A DNA stretch of 64,000 bases from Bifidobacteriaceae bacterium (GCA_031270825.1 JAISXH010000044.1:29444-93443); one strand, 5' to 3'. Numbered from the stretch's first letter, positions 16,114 to 27,509 are shown. The notes: generated by a model from the letters alone, not told the origin. A program made the numbers and translations.

Positions 16114-16633
16114 GAGGGTGCTGCTGACGAGCGAGCAGATCGACCAGCGCCTGGACGCTATGGCGGCCGAGATCGACTCTGACTACGCCGGTCGCGAATT
16201 GCTGCTGGTCGGCGTGCTGAAGGGGGCGGTGATGGCGATGGCGGACCTGTCGCGCAAACTCCACTCCAAGGTGACCATGGACTGGATGGCTGTGTCGTCC
16301 TATGGTTCGGGCACAAAGTCCTCGGGCGTGGTGCGGATTCTGAAAGACCTCGACACCGATATCCACGGTCGGGACGTCCTCATAGTGGAGGACATCGTCG
16401 ACTCGGGGCTGACTCTATCCTGGTTGTTGGCCAATTTGCGGTCTCGCGGGGCCAGGTCGGTGGAAGTGGCGGCCATGCTGCGCAAACCCGATGCGGCCAA
16501 GGTCGAAGTGCCGGTGCGATACGTCGGTTTCGACATTCCGAACGAGTTTGTGGTGGGCTATGGACTGGACTTCGCCGAACACCACCGGAATCTGCCGTTC
16601 GTCGGCACCCTGGCGCCGCAGGCGTACCAGTGA
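16082..16633 (+). CDS. hpt: Hypoxanthine phosphoribosyltransferase.
   Basis: ORF 15950..16633, with the start at GTG 16082 (GAAGGAGG 5 nt upstream; ATG 16097 is an alternative). PRPP motif VLIVEDIVDSGLTL. Overlaps the 3' end of tilS. Confidence 0.9.
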   Translation: MDAHDMGTDLERVLLTSEQIDQRLDAMAAEIDSDYAGRELLLVGVLKGAVMAMADLSRKLHSKVTMDWMAVSSYGSGTKSSGVVRILKDLDTDIHGRDVLIVEDIVDSGLTLSWLLANLRSRGARSVEVAAMLRKPDAAKVEVPVRYVGFDIPNEFVVGYGLDFAEHHRNLPFVGTLAPQAYQ

Positions 16634-16697
16634 CGTCCGCGGTCCGTCGGTCCGCGAATACAGCCCAATTTCAGACAAGCAATAAGAAAGCGAATAC

Positions 16698-18782
16698 GTG
16701 GCAAAAGCACCAACCAAGAGGTCGTTCTTCCGGGGGCCCGTGGTCTGGCTCCTGTTGGGGCTGGTGGCGATCTGGCTGCTGCTAGGCTCGCTCTTCCGCG
16801 GCGGGCCGCAGGAGATCGACACCTCCCTGGGTATCCAACTGCTGGCCGACAAGCAGGTCAAGGCGGCCAAGATCGTCGACGGGGAGCAGCGGGTCGATCT
16901 GACCCTGACGAAGGAATACAAGGACAAGGGCACTTTGGTGCGGTTCTTCTACGTGGAGCCGCAAGGCCCGGACGTGGTCCAGGCGATAAAGGACGCGGAC
17001 CCGAAAGAAGGGTTCAACTCCGAGGTGCCGACCCAGTCCTGGTGGGGCTCGCTGCTGATGACGCTGGTCCCGATGGCTCTGATCCTGGGCGTTTTCTGGT
17101 GGCTGATGTCGCAGATGCAGGGCGGCGGCCGGGGTGGCCCGCTCAGCTTCGGCAAATCGAAAGCCAAGCTGGTCTCGAAGGAATCGCCGAAAGTCACCTT
17201 CGCCGACGTGGCCGGCGTGGATGAGGCAGTCGAAGAGTTGGAGGAGATCAAAGAGTTCTTGGCCGAACCGGCCAAGTTCCAAGCGGTCGGCGCGAAGATT
17301 CCCCGCGGCGTCCTCCTCTACGGGCCGCCTGGCACCGGCAAGACCCTGCTGGCCAGGGCTGTGGCCGGGGAAGCGGGCGTGCCGTTCTATTCGATCTCGG
17401 GCTCCGATTTCGTGGAAATGTTCGTCGGCGTGGGCGCCTCGCGTGTGCGCGACCTGTTTGAACAGGCTAAAGCCAACGCCCCGGCGATCATCTTCGTCGA
17501 TGAGATCGACGCCGTGGGGCGCCATCGCGGGGCCGGGCTGGGCGGCGGCCACGACGAACGCGAACAGACTCTCAACCAGTTGCTGGTGGAAATGGACGGC
17601 TTCGACGCCACCACCAACGTGATTCTGATCGCGGCCACGAACCGGCCCGACATCCTGGACCCGGCGCTGATGCGTCCGGGGCGTTTCGACCGCCAGATCA
17701 CGGTCGGCGCGCCGGATCAGCCGGGCCGCTTGGCCATCTTGAAGGTCCACGCCAAGGGCAAGCCGATGGCGGAGGGCGTCGACTTGGCCCAGGTGGCCAA
17801 ACGCACCCCCGGTTTCACGGGCGCCGATTTGGCCAATGTGTTGAACGAGGCGGCCTTGCTGACCGCCCGTGAGGACGTCAAGCAGATCACCGACCACGCT
17901 TTGGACGAGGCGATCGACCGGGTGGTGGCCGGCCCGCAGCGGGTCTCCATGATCATGACCGAAGAGGAGAAGAAGAACACCGCCTACCACGAGGGCGGCC
18001 ACGCCGTGGTGGCGGCCGCACTGCGCAACACCGACCCGGTCACCAAGGTGACGATCCTGCCGCGCGGCCGTGCCCTGGGCTACACCATGGTCATGCCGAC
18101 CCGCGACAAGCATTCGGTCACTCGCAACGAATTGCTGGACCAGTTGGCCTATGCCATGGGCGGTCGGGTGGCAGAGGAACTGGTTTTCCACGACCCCACC
18201 TCCGGCGCCTCGAATGACATCGAAAAGGCGACCGCGACCGCTCGCAAGATGGTTATGGAATACGGCATGAGTTCCGCTCTGGGCTCGGTCCGTTACGGCC
18301 AGGCCGAGGGCGAGGTTTTCCTGGGCCGTGACTACGGCCATCAGCGCGACTATTCGGAGGCTGTCGCCGCCGAGATCGACGCGCAGGTCAGGGGGTTGAT
18401 TGAGAACGCCCACACGGAGGCTTGGGAGATTCTGCGGGCCAATCGCGACGTCCTGGACGCCCTGGTGCTGCAACTGCTGGACAAAGAGACGCTGAACGAG
18501 ACCCAGCTGGCGGTCGTCTTCCGGGGCATTGTCAAACAGCCCGTCCGCCCGGTTTGGCTCAGTTCGACCGAACGCCCGGTTTCCGCCCGCCCACCAGTTG
18601 GCATGCCGACCAGCGCCAGCATCCCAGGCGACGATGCCGTCCGGTCGCCTGACGCTGACCAGGCAGCCGCCAGCCCGCCGGACGGACCCGGGGCGGAGGC
18701 CGACGCTTCCGCCCAGCCGCCGGCCGCGGGCGACGGGACCGACCCGGCCGACGGGCCATTGCGAGGACCCGCCGATGGCTGA
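16698..18782 (+). CDS. ftsH: ATP-dependent zinc metalloprotease FtsH.
   Basis: ORF track (GTG start). Walker A GPPGTGKT, second region of homology, Zn motif HEGGHA, and a Pro/Ala-rich C-terminal tail. Confidence 0.97.
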   Translation: MAKAPTKRSFFRGPVVWLLLGLVAIWLLLGSLFRGGPQEIDTSLGIQLLADKQVKAAKIVDGEQRVDLTLTKEYKDKGTLVRFFYVEPQGPDVVQAIKDADPKEGFNSEVPTQSWWGSLLMTLVPMALILGVFWWLMSQMQGGGRGGPLSFGKSKAKLVSKESPKVTFADVAGVDEAVEELEEIKEFLAEPAKFQAVGAKIPRGVLLYGPPGTGKTLLARAVAGEAGVPFYSISGSDFVEMFVGVGASRVRDLFEQAKANAPAIIFVDEIDAVGRHRGAGLGGGHDEREQTLNQLLVEMDGFDATTNVILIAATNRPDILDPALMRPGRFDRQITVGAPDQPGRLAILKVHAKGKPMAEGVDLAQVAKRTPGFTGADLANVLNEAALLTAREDVKQITDHALDEAIDRVVAGPQRVSMIMTEEEKKNTAYHEGGHAVVAAALRNTDPVTKVTILPRGRALGYTMVMPTRDKHSVTRNELLDQLAYAMGGRVAEELVFHDPTSGASNDIEKATATARKMVMEYGMSSALGSVRYGQAEGEVFLGRDYGHQRDYSEAVAAEIDAQVRGLIENAHTEAWEILRANRDVLDALVLQLLDKETLNETQLAVVFRGIVKQPVRPVWLSSTERPVSARPPVGMPTSASIPGDDAVRSPDADQAAASPPDGPGAEADASAQPPAAGDGTDPADGPLRGPADG

Positions 18783-19509
18783 GCGCCCGGCCGAGTCAGA
18801 TCGACATAGGGCTGAGCGCCCGGCTGACCGGCCGGCCGACGCCCAGGGGGGGGGATTGACCGGGCAGACAGCCGAACCCTCGGTTGATCAGCCGGACCCA
18901 CCGGCGGGGCGATCCTCGGAACTCCCGGCTGTGCCGCCTGGGTTCGATCGCGAACGGGTCGCGGCGGCGGTGCGGGAATTCTTGTACGGCATCGGCGAAG
19001 ACCCGGACCGTCCCGGCCTGGTCGACACACCCGCGCGAGTGGCCAAAGCGGCGGCCGAGGTCTTTTCCGGCCTGCGCCGCGATCCGCGCGAACTCCTGGC
19101 CGCCCGTTTCGACCTGGGGCATCAGGAACTGGTCCTGGTCAAAGACGTGGCCGTGTACTCGATGTGCGAACACCATCTGCTGCCCTTCCACGGCCTGGCC
19201 CATGTCGGCTACATCCCGGCGGCTGACGGCCACCTCACGGGCCTGTCCAAACTGGCCCGCCTGGTTGACTGCTATGCCCGGCGCCCGCAGGTCCAAGAGC
19301 GTCTGACCAGCGAGATCGCCGACGCGCTGATGGAGGCGTTGGACGCCCGCGGGGTGATTGTGGTCCTCGAGGCCGAGCATCTGTGCATGACCATGCGGGG
19401 AGTGCGCGCGGCCGGTTCGAAGACCGTCACCTCGGCGGTGCGGGGGGTCCTGCGATCAGGCCCGACCCGCGCTGAGGCGATGTCCCTGATAGTCCATGGG
19501 GGCGCCTGA
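18775..19509 (+). CDS. folE: GTP cyclohydrolase I.
   Basis: ORF 18529..19509. ATG 18775 overlaps the ftsH stop (ATGGCTGA). Motifs: [33 protein letters not shown]. The N-terminal ~55 aa are low-complexity. Confidence 0.9.
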   Translation: MAERPAESDRHRAERPADRPADAQGGGLTGQTAEPSVDQPDPPAGRSSELPAVPPGFDRERVAAAVREFLYGIGEDPDRPGLVDTPARVAKAAAEVFSGLRRDPRELLAARFDLGHQELVLVKDVAVYSMCEHHLLPFHGLAHVGYIPAADGHLTGLSKLARLVDCYARRPQVQERLTSEIADALMEALDARGVIVVLEAEHLCMTMRGVRAAGSKTVTSAVRGVLRSGPTRAEAMSLIVHGGA

Positions 19510-20590
19510 AGTGGCCCCGCCCGCTCCAGCCGTGTCGCGGGGGACTGGCGCACGAGTTTCAGGTGGCGGGACGGTCAATGCCGACGTGCCCTCGACCGCA
19601 CCGGTTCAGGGCCGCCCGCGCCCATCTGTCCCGGGCCGCCGGGCGCGTCCGGCGCCCCTGCCCGCGGCACTTGAGCGGCTGGAGCGAACGGCGGTGATGG
19701 GCATCTGCAACGTCACGCCGGACTCGTTCTCAGACGGCGGCCGTTATCTGCGGTTGGCCGCCGCCCTGGATCATTGCGACCAAATGCTGGCCGAGGGCGC
19801 TGACCTGATCGACGTGGGCGGCGAATCGACCCGGCCGGGAGCGGCGCGGGTCCCGCTGGACCAAGAGCTGCGCCGGGTAGTCCCGGTGGTCCGGGAGTTG
19901 GCCGAGCGCGGTGTGGCGGTGTCGGTGGACACCATGCGGGCCCGGGTGGCCGCCGCCGCCGCCGAGGCCGGCGCCGCCATCATCAATGACGTGTCGGGCG
20001 GGCGGGCCGACCCGGCCATGCTCGGCGTCATGGCCGAATCCGGGCTGCCGGTGGTGCTGATGCACTGGCGGGGTCATTCCGAGAGCATGGATGGGCTGGA
20101 CCGCTACCGCGATGTGGTGGCCGAGGTGGCGGCGGAACTGCGCCAGCGGGTCGAAGCGGCGCTGGCGGCTGGGATCCGGCCGGACGGCATCGTGCTCGAT
20201 CCGGGTCTGGGTTTCGCCAAAACGGGGGCGTCGAACTGGCCCTTGCTGGCCGGGCTGGACCAACTGCGCGCACTCGGGTTCCCGCTGTTGATCGGCGCTT
20301 CGCGCAAACGCTTCCTCGACCCCGTCTGCGGTCCGGACCCGGCCGCCCAGGCCGCCGGAGCAGCTGGTCGGGACGCCGCCACGGCCGCCGTGACGGCTCT
20401 GGTGGCCGGAGCCGGGGTCTGGTCTGTGCGGGTCCACGCGGTTGGCGCCAACGCCGCCGCCGTGCGAGTGGCCGCGCGCCTGAACGCCGCCAGCGGGTCC
20501 GGCCAGCCTCCGGTGGCAGGCCCGGCGACGTTCGCTGAGAGGGTGAAGGTACCCGGTTGGGCTTCTCCTAAAGACGGGACGGGGGCATGA
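19496..20590 (+). CDS. folP: Dihydropteroate synthase.
   Basis: ORF track. The ATG overlaps the 3' end of folE. Motifs: [37 protein letters not shown]. The true start may be further downstream. Confidence 0.9.
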   Translation: MGAPEVAPPAPAVSRGTGARVSGGGTVNADVPSTAPVQGRPRPSVPGRRARPAPLPAALERLERTAVMGICNVTPDSFSDGGRYLRLAAALDHCDQMLAEGADLIDVGGESTRPGAARVPLDQELRRVVPVVRELAERGVAVSVDTMRARVAAAAAEAGAAIINDVSGGRADPAMLGVMAESGLPVVLMHWRGHSESMDGLDRYRDVVAEVAAELRQRVEAALAAGIRPDGIVLDPGLGFAKTGASNWPLLAGLDQLRALGFPLLIGASRKRFLDPVCGPDPAAQAAGAAGRDAATAAVTALVAGAGVWSVRVHAVGANAAAVRVAARLNAASGSGQPPVAGPATFAERVKVPGWASPKDGTGA

Positions 20591-20597
20591 TGGGCTA

Positions 20598-22718
20598 ATG
20601 GACTGGGTGTTGGGATCGACGGGCGAGGCGCTGGACGTCATTGAATTGACCGGCATAACCGCCTTTGGCCACCACGGCGCGCTGCCCGAAGAAAGGCGTA
20701 ACGGCCAGATTTTTCGCGCCGATTTGCGGCTGCATGTGGACTTCAAAACGGCGGCCGAAACCGACGATCTGAGCGACGCGGTCGACTACTCAGAGGTGGC
20801 GCGCCTGGTCGCCGGGATTCTGGCCGGCAAGCCATACAACCTGTTGGAGACTGTGGCAGCGCAAATCGCCGAAACCGTCCTGAGGGATGGACGGATCGAC
20901 CTTGTCGAGGTCGCCGTCCACAAACCGCAGGCGTTCCTGGGAGTTGAGGCCGGCGACGTCTCGGTTCGGCTCCGCCGGGGGAAACACATTTGGCGCGAAT
21001 CGGTTTTCGTGTCCCCTGATTCGTCCATCTTCGACGCGGTCGGGGAGGCCGAACGCCGCGAGGTCTTGGCCGAGCAGATGGACGCGGCCTTGGATCGGGT
21101 GGCGGCGGCAGAGCTGGTTGGGCCGCCGCTGGCGGCGTCGCCGGGAGCTGAGGTCGCGGGACCGGCGGCTGGCGCCGCGCCAGGCCGCGATGAGGCTGCG
21201 GTCAATGGCGTGGGCGCGGCCGAACCGGGTTCTGCCCAGGCCGGCCAGATCGCCGGCGAAGGCGAGCCGGTTGCGGCCAGCGCGGCGCTGACAGTGGCGC
21301 CGAAAGACGCCGCCCCGGAAGGCGGCCAGGGCGCTCGCGCGTCTTCCCGCTCGCGCCGCCGCCGGCGCCCCGGTCCGGCCTGGGGGCCGGTCGCGTCGGT
21401 CGACCAGATCCCAGCCGAACCGGCCGACGCCATCATCGCCTTGGGCGCCAACCTGGGCGAGGCGCTGGCGACGCTGCGAGCAGCTTTGAATAATCTGCGC
21501 GAAGAGCCCGGAATCGACGTGGTGACGGTCTCGCCGCTGGCGCGCACCGCGCCCGTCGGCTATGAGGATCAACCTGACTTCTTCAACGCTGTGGCGCATG
21601 TGCGCACCACGTTGTCGCCCCGCGCGCTGCTGCACACGCTGCAAGGCATCGAGGAGAAACATGGTCGCCAGCGGACCGTCCCCGGTGGTCCGCGCACTCT
21701 TGACTTGGATCTGATCGCCTATGACACCTTGCTGGCCGACGAAGAAGAACTGACTTTGCCCCACCCGCGCGCTCACGGGCGGGCGTTTGTGTTGGTGCCG
21801 TGGTCCTTGATGGCGCCAGGCGCGTTCCTGCCGGGGCTCGGTGGCGGTCCGGTCGAAGACCTCGCCCGCTTCGCCTCCGACCGGGGCCGGATTCGCTGGC
21901 TGGCGCCTGATTGGGACCGTCCGGCCCGAGCCCAGGGGGCCGATGCCGCGGCGCCGTCCGCTGCCGAGCCGGGAGCGGGCGCCGGCGGCGCCGGGGCGCC
22001 CGGGCCACCCGCGCCGCCTGCGCCGTCGCAACCCTGGGAGCGGGGGCCGGGGAGCTTCGAGGGGGTGGGCATCGACCGGAGCGCCGCTCGCGTCGACAGC
22101 GAGGCCCCGTTGGCGCCCGCCTGGGCGCCGGTGCCATCTCAGCCGATCGCTTTAGGGCTGGCGCCTGGGGCCGAGCCGCTCGGTTCGTCGCCGCCAGATG
22201 ACGCCGCCTCGGCGCAGTACGCGCAGGCGGGACCGGGGATGCCGGGCTTCTTCACGGCCGCGCGCTTGGGGCGCAGCGCCTTCAGGGGGCTTGGCAGCGC
22301 CGACCTGGCCGAACTGGACCCGCCCCTGGTGCCAGTGCCCTATCAACTGACACCCCAGGGACCGCCCGGCGTCCAAATCGAAGCCCAGTTCCAGCCGACT
22401 ATGTTCGCCGTCGCAGGCGCACCGCCGATGCCGTCGCGGCGGCCGCGAGTCGCCGGCCCGGCGCCAGAACCCTCTTTGGACGCGAGGCCGCCGGGTTCGC
22501 TGCCCGCCGGTGGCGCCGACCAGGCAGGTGTCTTGATGGAGCCGGGGCCGCTGGCCTATGCCGGCGCCCCCGATCTGCCGGCGGGCGCGCCTTACGACAT
22601 CCCGGCGGCGCCGCTCGCGTCCGGTGGGACTGAGGCGCCGCCCACGGCGGAGCCATTGCCTGGGCAGTCGGTTTACTGGGTGACTCCAGGCCCGGCGCCG
22701 GCGCCGGCAGAGGTATGA
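20598..22718 (+). CDS. folB-folK: Fused dihydroneopterin aldolase (FolB) and 6-hydroxymethyl-dihydropterin pyrophosphokinase (FolK) with a ~260-aa Pro/Ala/Gly-rich C-terminal tail.
   Basis: Single 706-aa ORF. FolB: IELTGITAFGHHGALPEERRNGQIF..VAVHKPQA. A ~150-aa linker follows. FolK: AIIALGANLG..PLARTAPVGYEDQPDFFNAV..RTLDLDLI..LPHPRAHGRAFVLVPW. The stop overlaps the next ATG (ATGA). Confidence 0.8.
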   Translation: MDWVLGSTGEALDVIELTGITAFGHHGALPEERRNGQIFRADLRLHVDFKTAAETDDLSDAVDYSEVARLVAGILAGKPYNLLETVAAQIAETVLRDGRIDLVEVAVHKPQAFLGVEAGDVSVRLRRGKHIWRESVFVSPDSSIFDAVGEAERREVLAEQMDAALDRVAAAELVGPPLAASPGAEVAGPAAGAAPGRDEAAVNGVGAAEPGSAQAGQIAGEGEPVAASAALTVAPKDAAPEGGQGARASSRSRRRRRPGPAWGPVASVDQIPAEPADAIIALGANLGEALATLRAALNNLREEPGIDVVTVSPLARTAPVGYEDQPDFFNAVAHVRTTLSPRALLHTLQGIEEKHGRQRTVPGGPRTLDLDLIAYDTLLADEEELTLPHPRAHGRAFVLVPWSLMAPGAFLPGLGGGPVEDLARFASDRGRIRWLAPDWDRPARAQGADAAAPSAAEPGAGAGGAGAPGPPAPPAPSQPWERGPGSFEGVGIDRSAARVDSEAPLAPAWAPVPSQPIALGLAPGAEPLGSSPPDDAASAQYAQAGPGMPGFFTAARLGRSAFRGLGSADLAELDPPLVPVPYQLTPQGPPGVQIEAQFQPTMFAVAGAPPMPSRRPRVAGPAPEPSLDARPPGSLPAGGADQAGVLMEPGPLAYAGAPDLPAGAPYDIPAAPLASGGTEAPPTAEPLPGQSVYWVTPGPAPAPAEV

Positions 22719-23203
22719 GCCTTACCCGGGTCAGAACCATGCTGGTGATCGCGGTGGTCGCTGCGGCCGTTGGCGCCGTCGCTGTCGACCTCGCGACTGA
22801 CCGGCTGTGGCGGCACGTCGACGTGCCTTGGACGGTGCCGGCCGTGCTGGCGGCAGCGGCCGGAGCCATCCTGGCGGCGGCCTGGCCGGTCCGGCAATAC
22901 GTCAGAGGCAAACGCCGCGTGATCGACCCGTTGCGCGCCGCCAATATCCTGACCTTGGCCAAGGCCTGCGCCTTGGGTGGCGCGGCGCTGGCGGGTCTGT
23001 ACCTGGGGATCGCCCTGATCGCGGCCGCCCAGCTGCATTCGCCCGCGTCCTGGCTGCGATTGTGGCAGGACCTGGCGGCGTTCGGCGCCGCCGCCGGCCT
23101 GGCGGCGGCCGGCCGCGTGGCCGAATGGTTCTGCCAGCTGCCCCCGACCGATGCCGCGGCCGAGCCATCGCCCCTGGGCCAACCAGACTCAACCCCGGCC
23201 TGA
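22715..23203 (+). CDS. Small integral membrane protein, DUF3180-like (Rv3605c position).
   Basis: ORF track, 162 aa, about 4 hydrophobic helices. It occupies the conserved position after folK. The family name is from memory. Confidence 0.7.
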   Translation: MSLTRVRTMLVIAVVAAAVGAVAVDLATDRLWRHVDVPWTVPAVLAAAAGAILAAAWPVRQYVRGKRRVIDPLRAANILTLAKACALGGAALAGLYLGIALIAAAQLHSPASWLRLWQDLAAFGAAAGLAAAGRVAEWFCQLPPTDAAAEPSPLGQPDSTPA

Positions 23204-23383
23204 AGCCGCCACCCAGCTGCATTCGCCCGCGTTCCCACGCAAGGGGACGGCTAGCTGCTCGGGGCCGTCGACGCTGGCGACGCGGTTGTCAATGACGGCT
23301 CTAACGTGGATCGGACCTCTGGCGGGCTTGGGCAGTGACATGGGCTACCCGTGGCCGGGCGCGGGCTCTGATTGAATGGTCTG

Positions 23384-24358
23384 ATGGTGGATGACGCGCT
23401 GCCCGCGGGCGTGGTCGGGTTCGGCCGGGTCGGGGCGGCGCTGGCCGGGGCGCTGGCCGCGGTCGATCACCCCGTTGCGGCGGTGGCGGCCCGCTCCCAG
23501 GCCAGTCGCGACCGGGCGGACATCGCCTTGCCGGGTGTGCCGGTGACGACGGCCGTCGAAGTGGCGAAGCGGGCGGGTTTGGTGTTCTTGACCGTGCCGG
23601 ACTCCCAAATCGCCCCTCTGGCCGAGGACCTGGCGGAGCACTGGCGGCCGGGCCAGCTGGTGGTCCACGCCGCCGGCGCCATGGGCTTGGAAGTGCTTGA
23701 GCCGGTCGTCCGGGCGGGGGGGATCGCTTTGGCGCTGCACCCGGTCATGACCTTCACCGGCACCTCGCTCGACATCGCGCGTCTGCAGGGAGCGCCCTTC
23801 GCGGTCGAAGCAGCACCGGGCCTGACGCCGTTGGCGGAGGCCTTGGCCATTGAACTGGGCGGTCGGCCTTTCCGTCTTCCGGCCGGGGCGCGCCCGGCCT
23901 ACCACGCCGCTCTCAGCCACGCCGCCAACCATCTGGTCACACTGCTGAGCCAGGCTCTTGACATCCTCGAAGAGGCTGGCATCAGCGCCCCGGAGACATT
24001 GATCGGCCCGTTGACCCAGGCCGCTCTCGACGGCGCCCTAAGCCGCCGACTCGGCGCTTTGACCGGCCCAGCCAGCCGGGGCGACGCCAGGACGCTGCGG
24101 ACGCACGTCGAGGCCTTGGAAGATTATGCGGCCCGTCGCGGGGCCTTGGTCGGCCCCGAATTGGCGCTCGACGCGGCCGGCGCGGGGGCGCTCGACGCGG
24201 TCGCCAGTTACCGGCAGTTGGCCGCCGCCACTTTACGGGCGGCCCAGCGGGCCGGGCGGATTGATTCTGCCCAGGCGGCCGCCGGCCTGGAATCCTTGGC
24301 GCCGCAAGCACCGCCAGCGCCGCCAGCGCCGCCAGGAGCTCAGAGCCGTGACAACTGA
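23384..24358 (+). CDS. Rossmann-like plus DUF2520 domain protein (Rv3603c position).
   Basis: ORF 23372..24358 (TTG); ATG 23384 preferred. N-terminal GxGxxG-like motif VVGFGRVGAALAGAL. Lies immediately upstream of panC. Confidence 0.7.
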   Translation: MVDDALPAGVVGFGRVGAALAGALAAVDHPVAAVAARSQASRDRADIALPGVPVTTAVEVAKRAGLVFLTVPDSQIAPLAEDLAEHWRPGQLVVHAAGAMGLEVLEPVVRAGGIALALHPVMTFTGTSLDIARLQGAPFAVEAAPGLTPLAEALAIELGGRPFRLPAGARPAYHAALSHAANHLVTLLSQALDILEEAGISAPETLIGPLTQAALDGALSRRLGALTGPASRGDARTLRTHVEALEDYAARRGALVGPELALDAAGAGALDAVASYRQLAAATLRAAQRAGRIDSAQAAAGLESLAPQAPPAPPAPPGAQSRDN

Positions 24359-25367
24359 GCCGGGGGGGGCCGCCGGTCCGGCCGGGCCGGAGCCTGCCGC
24401 GCCAGAGCCCACCTCACCCGCGCCCGCGTCACCGCCCGCCCGCCCGGCGCTGGCCCGCGGCCTGTCCGAGCTGCGGCGGCTCCTTCGACCAGGCCCGCGG
24501 GTCGTGGTCATGACCATGGGCGCGCTCCACCAGGGCCATCTCGACCTGGTCCGGGCCGCGGGCCGGCGCCGCCAAGAGACAGGCGGCCAAGTGATCGTGA
24601 CGATCTTCGTCAACCCGTTGCAGTTCGGCCCGGCCGAGGACTTCGACGCCTACCCCCGCAACCTGCCGGCGGATTTGGACGCGCTCGCCGGTCAAGGGGT
24701 CGATGCCGTCTATGCGCCTTCCGTACGTGATATGTATCCGGATGGCCGGCTTTGGGCGACCATTGATCCCGGACCTCTCGGCCAGGTTTTCGAGGGCGCG
24801 ATCAGGCCTGGGCATTTCGCCGGAGTGGCCACCGTGGTCCACAAACTGGCCGCCCGAACTGGGGCCACGGCGGCTGTCTTCGGGCAAAAGGACGCTCAAC
24901 AGTTGGCTGTGGTGCGTCGCGTGGCGGCCGATCTTGATTTGGGCTGGCGGATCATCGCCGTGCCGACGCGCCGCGAGGCGGATGGCTTGGCGATGTCCAG
25001 CCGCAATCGCTACTTGACACCTTCCGAGCGGGAGCTGGGGTTGGCCTTGCCGCACGGCATCGTCGCTGGTCGCAACGCGGCTGAGCGCGGCGGGAGCGCG
25101 AACGACGTGCGCACTGCGGCGCTGATGGCCTTGGCGGAATGCTTGCCCAGGGGATCGGCGGCGGCCCGGTCCGCACAGGCGGCCAGGCCACGGGGCGCTG
25201 GCGGGCGCGGGCTGGAACTGAGTTTCCCCGATTATTTGGAGCTGGTCGACCCGGCGACTTTCGAGCCGGTCGACGACGCCTGGACCGGGACCGCCCTGTT
25301 GATCGGCGCCCTCAAGGTGGGCCGCACCCGGCTGATCGACAACGCCGAGGTAGCCTTGGGGGCGTGA
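24348..25367 (+). CDS. panC: Pantoate--beta-alanine ligase.
   Basis: ORF 24126..25367. GTG 24348 overlaps the 3' end of the upstream gene. Motifs: HxGH ([12 protein letters not shown]), FVNPLQFGP, and a Pro-rich N-terminus. Confidence 0.9.
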   Translation: MTTEPGGAAGPAGPEPAAPEPTSPAPASPPARPALARGLSELRRLLRPGPRVVVMTMGALHQGHLDLVRAAGRRRQETGGQVIVTIFVNPLQFGPAEDFDAYPRNLPADLDALAGQGVDAVYAPSVRDMYPDGRLWATIDPGPLGQVFEGAIRPGHFAGVATVVHKLAARTGATAAVFGQKDAQQLAVVRRVAADLDLGWRIIAVPTRREADGLAMSSRNRYLTPSERELGLALPHGIVAGRNAAERGGSANDVRTAALMALAECLPRGSAAARSAQAARPRGAGGRGLELSFPDYLELVDPATFEPVDDAWTGTALLIGALKVGRTRLIDNAEVALGA

Positions 25368-26923
25368 ATTCAGCCGCTACCCCCTCTTCAGCGACTGCGC
25401 CCGGAGCCTCGAGCCCCGAAGGGTCCAACCGCGCGGCGCCGGCGCCGGCGCCGTCGGAGCAGTCCCAGGTGCGCCGGGACAAGCGCGCCGCCATACTCGA
25501 GCGTGGCGCCGAGGCCTATCCGGCGACTGTGCCCGTCACCGCGACGATCGCCCAGATTAGGGAAGAATTCGGCCATTTGCAGGCGGGCGATGAGACCGCG
25601 GTGGAGGTGGGCGTGGCCGGACGGGTGGTGTTCATCCGCAATACCGGCAAATTGTGTTTCGCCACCTTGCAGGACGGCCCCGGCAATCGCCTCCAGGCCA
25701 TGGTTTCGCTGGCCGAGGTCGGCCAAGAGTCGCTTGATCGTTTCAAAGCCGAAGTCGATCTAGGCGACCACCTGTTTGTGCGCGGACGGGTGATCGCCTC
25801 CAAGCGCGGAGAGTTGAGCGTGCTCGCAGATCAGTGGATGATCGCCTCCAAGGCGCTTAGGCCATTGCCGGTGCTGCATTCAGAATTGTCGGACGAGTCG
25901 CGGGTGCGGGACCGGCCGGCGGATCTGATTGTGCGTCCGGCGGCGCGGGAGATCGCCCGTCGCCGCGTGGCCCTGGTGCGCTCTATCCGGCGGACCCTGG
26001 AGGAGCGCGGTTTCAGCGAAATTGAGACCCCGATTCTGCAGACTTTGCACGGCGGCGCCGCCGCCCGGCCCTTCGCCACACGCATGAACGCCTTTGGGAT
26101 CGACCTGTATATGCGGATCGCGCCGGAGCTGTTCTTGAAGAGGGCGGTGGTTGGCGGCATCGACAAGGTTTTCGAGATCGGCCGCCTCTTCCGCAACGAA
26201 GGCGTCGACTCATCGCACGCCCCCGAGTTCACCTCGGTGGAGGCCTACGAGGCGTACGGCGATTACAACACCATCGCAGACTTGACCCAGCAGCTCGTTG
26301 TGAATGCGGCCGTGGCCATTGCCGGGTCGCCCACGGTCACCCTGGCGGACGGCCAGACCTACGACCTCGGCGGCACTTGGCGGCGCATCGGACTTTACGA
26401 TTCTTTGAGCCTGGAGCTGGGCGAGGAAATCACTCCTGAGACCTCCGTCGGCCACCTGCGACGGATCGCCGACGCGAAGGATATCGGTTATGACCCGGCC
26501 AGGGCCGGGCACGGCAAGCTGGTTGAGGAACTGTTTGAGGACCTGGTCTCAGGCGCCCTCCACGAGCCCACTTTCGTGATGGACTTTCCGGTCGAGACCT
26601 CGCCTCTAACCCGCGACCACCGGTCCAGGCCGGGAGTCGTCGAGAAATGGGATCTCTATATCAGGGGATTCGAACTGGCCACGGGCTATTCCGAGCTGGT
26701 CGATCCGGTGATCCAGCGCCAGCGGCTCGAAGCCCAGGCCGCCGCCGTGGCGGCGGGAGACTTGGAGGCCATGGCGCTGGATGAGGACTTCCTCGCCGCT
26801 TTGGAGTACGGCATGCCTCCGTCTGGCGGGATGGGCATGGGCGTCGACCGGCTTCTAATGGCCCTAACCGGTTTGGGCATTCGGGAAACAATTTTGTTCC
26901 CGTTGGTGAGGCCGCAATCGTGA
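25364..26923 (+). CDS. lysS: Lysine--tRNA ligase (class II).
   Basis: ORF 25139..26923. GTG 25364 overlaps the panC stop (GTGA). Motifs: [30 protein letters not shown]. Confidence 0.95.
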   Translation: MNSAATPSSATAPGASSPEGSNRAAPAPAPSEQSQVRRDKRAAILERGAEAYPATVPVTATIAQIREEFGHLQAGDETAVEVGVAGRVVFIRNTGKLCFATLQDGPGNRLQAMVSLAEVGQESLDRFKAEVDLGDHLFVRGRVIASKRGELSVLADQWMIASKALRPLPVLHSELSDESRVRDRPADLIVRPAAREIARRRVALVRSIRRTLEERGFSEIETPILQTLHGGAAARPFATRMNAFGIDLYMRIAPELFLKRAVVGGIDKVFEIGRLFRNEGVDSSHAPEFTSVEAYEAYGDYNTIADLTQQLVVNAAVAIAGSPTVTLADGQTYDLGGTWRRIGLYDSLSLELGEEITPETSVGHLRRIADAKDIGYDPARAGHGKLVEELFEDLVSGALHEPTFVMDFPVETSPLTRDHRSRPGVVEKWDLYIRGFELATGYSELVDPVIQRQRLEAQAAAVAAGDLEAMALDEDFLAALEYGMPPSGGMGMGVDRLLMALTGLGIRETILFPLVRPQS

Positions 26924-26924
26924 G

Positions 26925-26943
26925 GCCGTAGAATCGGTACGGC
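26925..26943 (+). terminator. Hairpin GCCGTA-N7-TACGGC immediately after the lysS stop.
   Basis: Read directly. There is no U-tract, so function as a terminator is uncertain. Confidence 0.3.
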
Positions 26944-27149
26944 TGGGCGGTGCCCGGAGCTGTGCCGCGAGACGGCCGCCGCCGGCCCGATCATGGCATG
27001 GTCGGGGCCCGCGACCAGAGTCCAAGGGGCGGTCCTAGTCCCTAAGGTGGTTTAAGGGCCGGAGAATCGGGGCTATGCTTTTCTGGTCATCACCGCCAAA
27101 CGGCGACAACAGTCGCCCGCCCAGTTTCCAAGGATAGGAGATCCGAAAA

Positions 27150-27509
27150 ATGGCACAACGTGTGCAAGTTCTCTTGGTCGACGACATCGACGGTTCCGAG
27201 GCGACCGAAACGGTCACATTCGGACTCGACGGAGTGACTTATGAGATTGATTTGAGCGGCCCGCACGCCGACGAGCTTCGGCAGGGCCTGGCGAAATGGC
27301 TTGAATCCGCTCGCCGCCTGCCCGCCCGCGGGGCCAGGTCAGGGCGTTCGACTGGCCGCGCGACCGCTCGCCCGCGTCGCGCGGCTGCCAACACTGATAT
27401 TGCGAAGATCCGCGCCTGGGCGCGGGAACAGGGTCTGGAAGTCTCCGACCGCGGCCGCATTCCAGCGCCGATCCGGGACGCCTATTACGGCGCCAACCGG
27501 GAGGCCTGA
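27150..27509 (+). CDS. lsr2: Nucleoid-associated protein Lsr2.
   Basis: ORF track, 119 aa. Sequence MAQRVQVLLVDDIDGSEATETVTFGLDGVTYEIDLS..IRAWAREQGLEVSDRGRIPAPIRDAY. GGAG RBS. Confidence 0.9.
   Translation: MAQRVQVLLVDDIDGSEATETVTFGLDGVTYEIDLSGPHADELRQGLAKWLESARRLPARGARSGRSTGRATARPRRAAANTDIAKIRAWAREQGLEVSDRGRIPAPIRDAYYGANREA

Noticed and set aside
16782-18473. Very long antisense or alternative-frame ORFs throughout the track. Examples: 16782..18473 (-), 20790..22031 (-), 13692..14846 (-), 14761..16098 (-), 52226..53416 (-), 58530..59954 (-), 37490..38590 (+), and the upstream two-thirds of 46306..47592 (-).
   Set aside because: Each lies opposite or out of frame to a gene with unmistakable family motifs. 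Their translations are Arg/Pro/Gly/Ala-rich with no recognisable domains. This is the classic stop-codon-poor shadow ORF of high-GC genomes.
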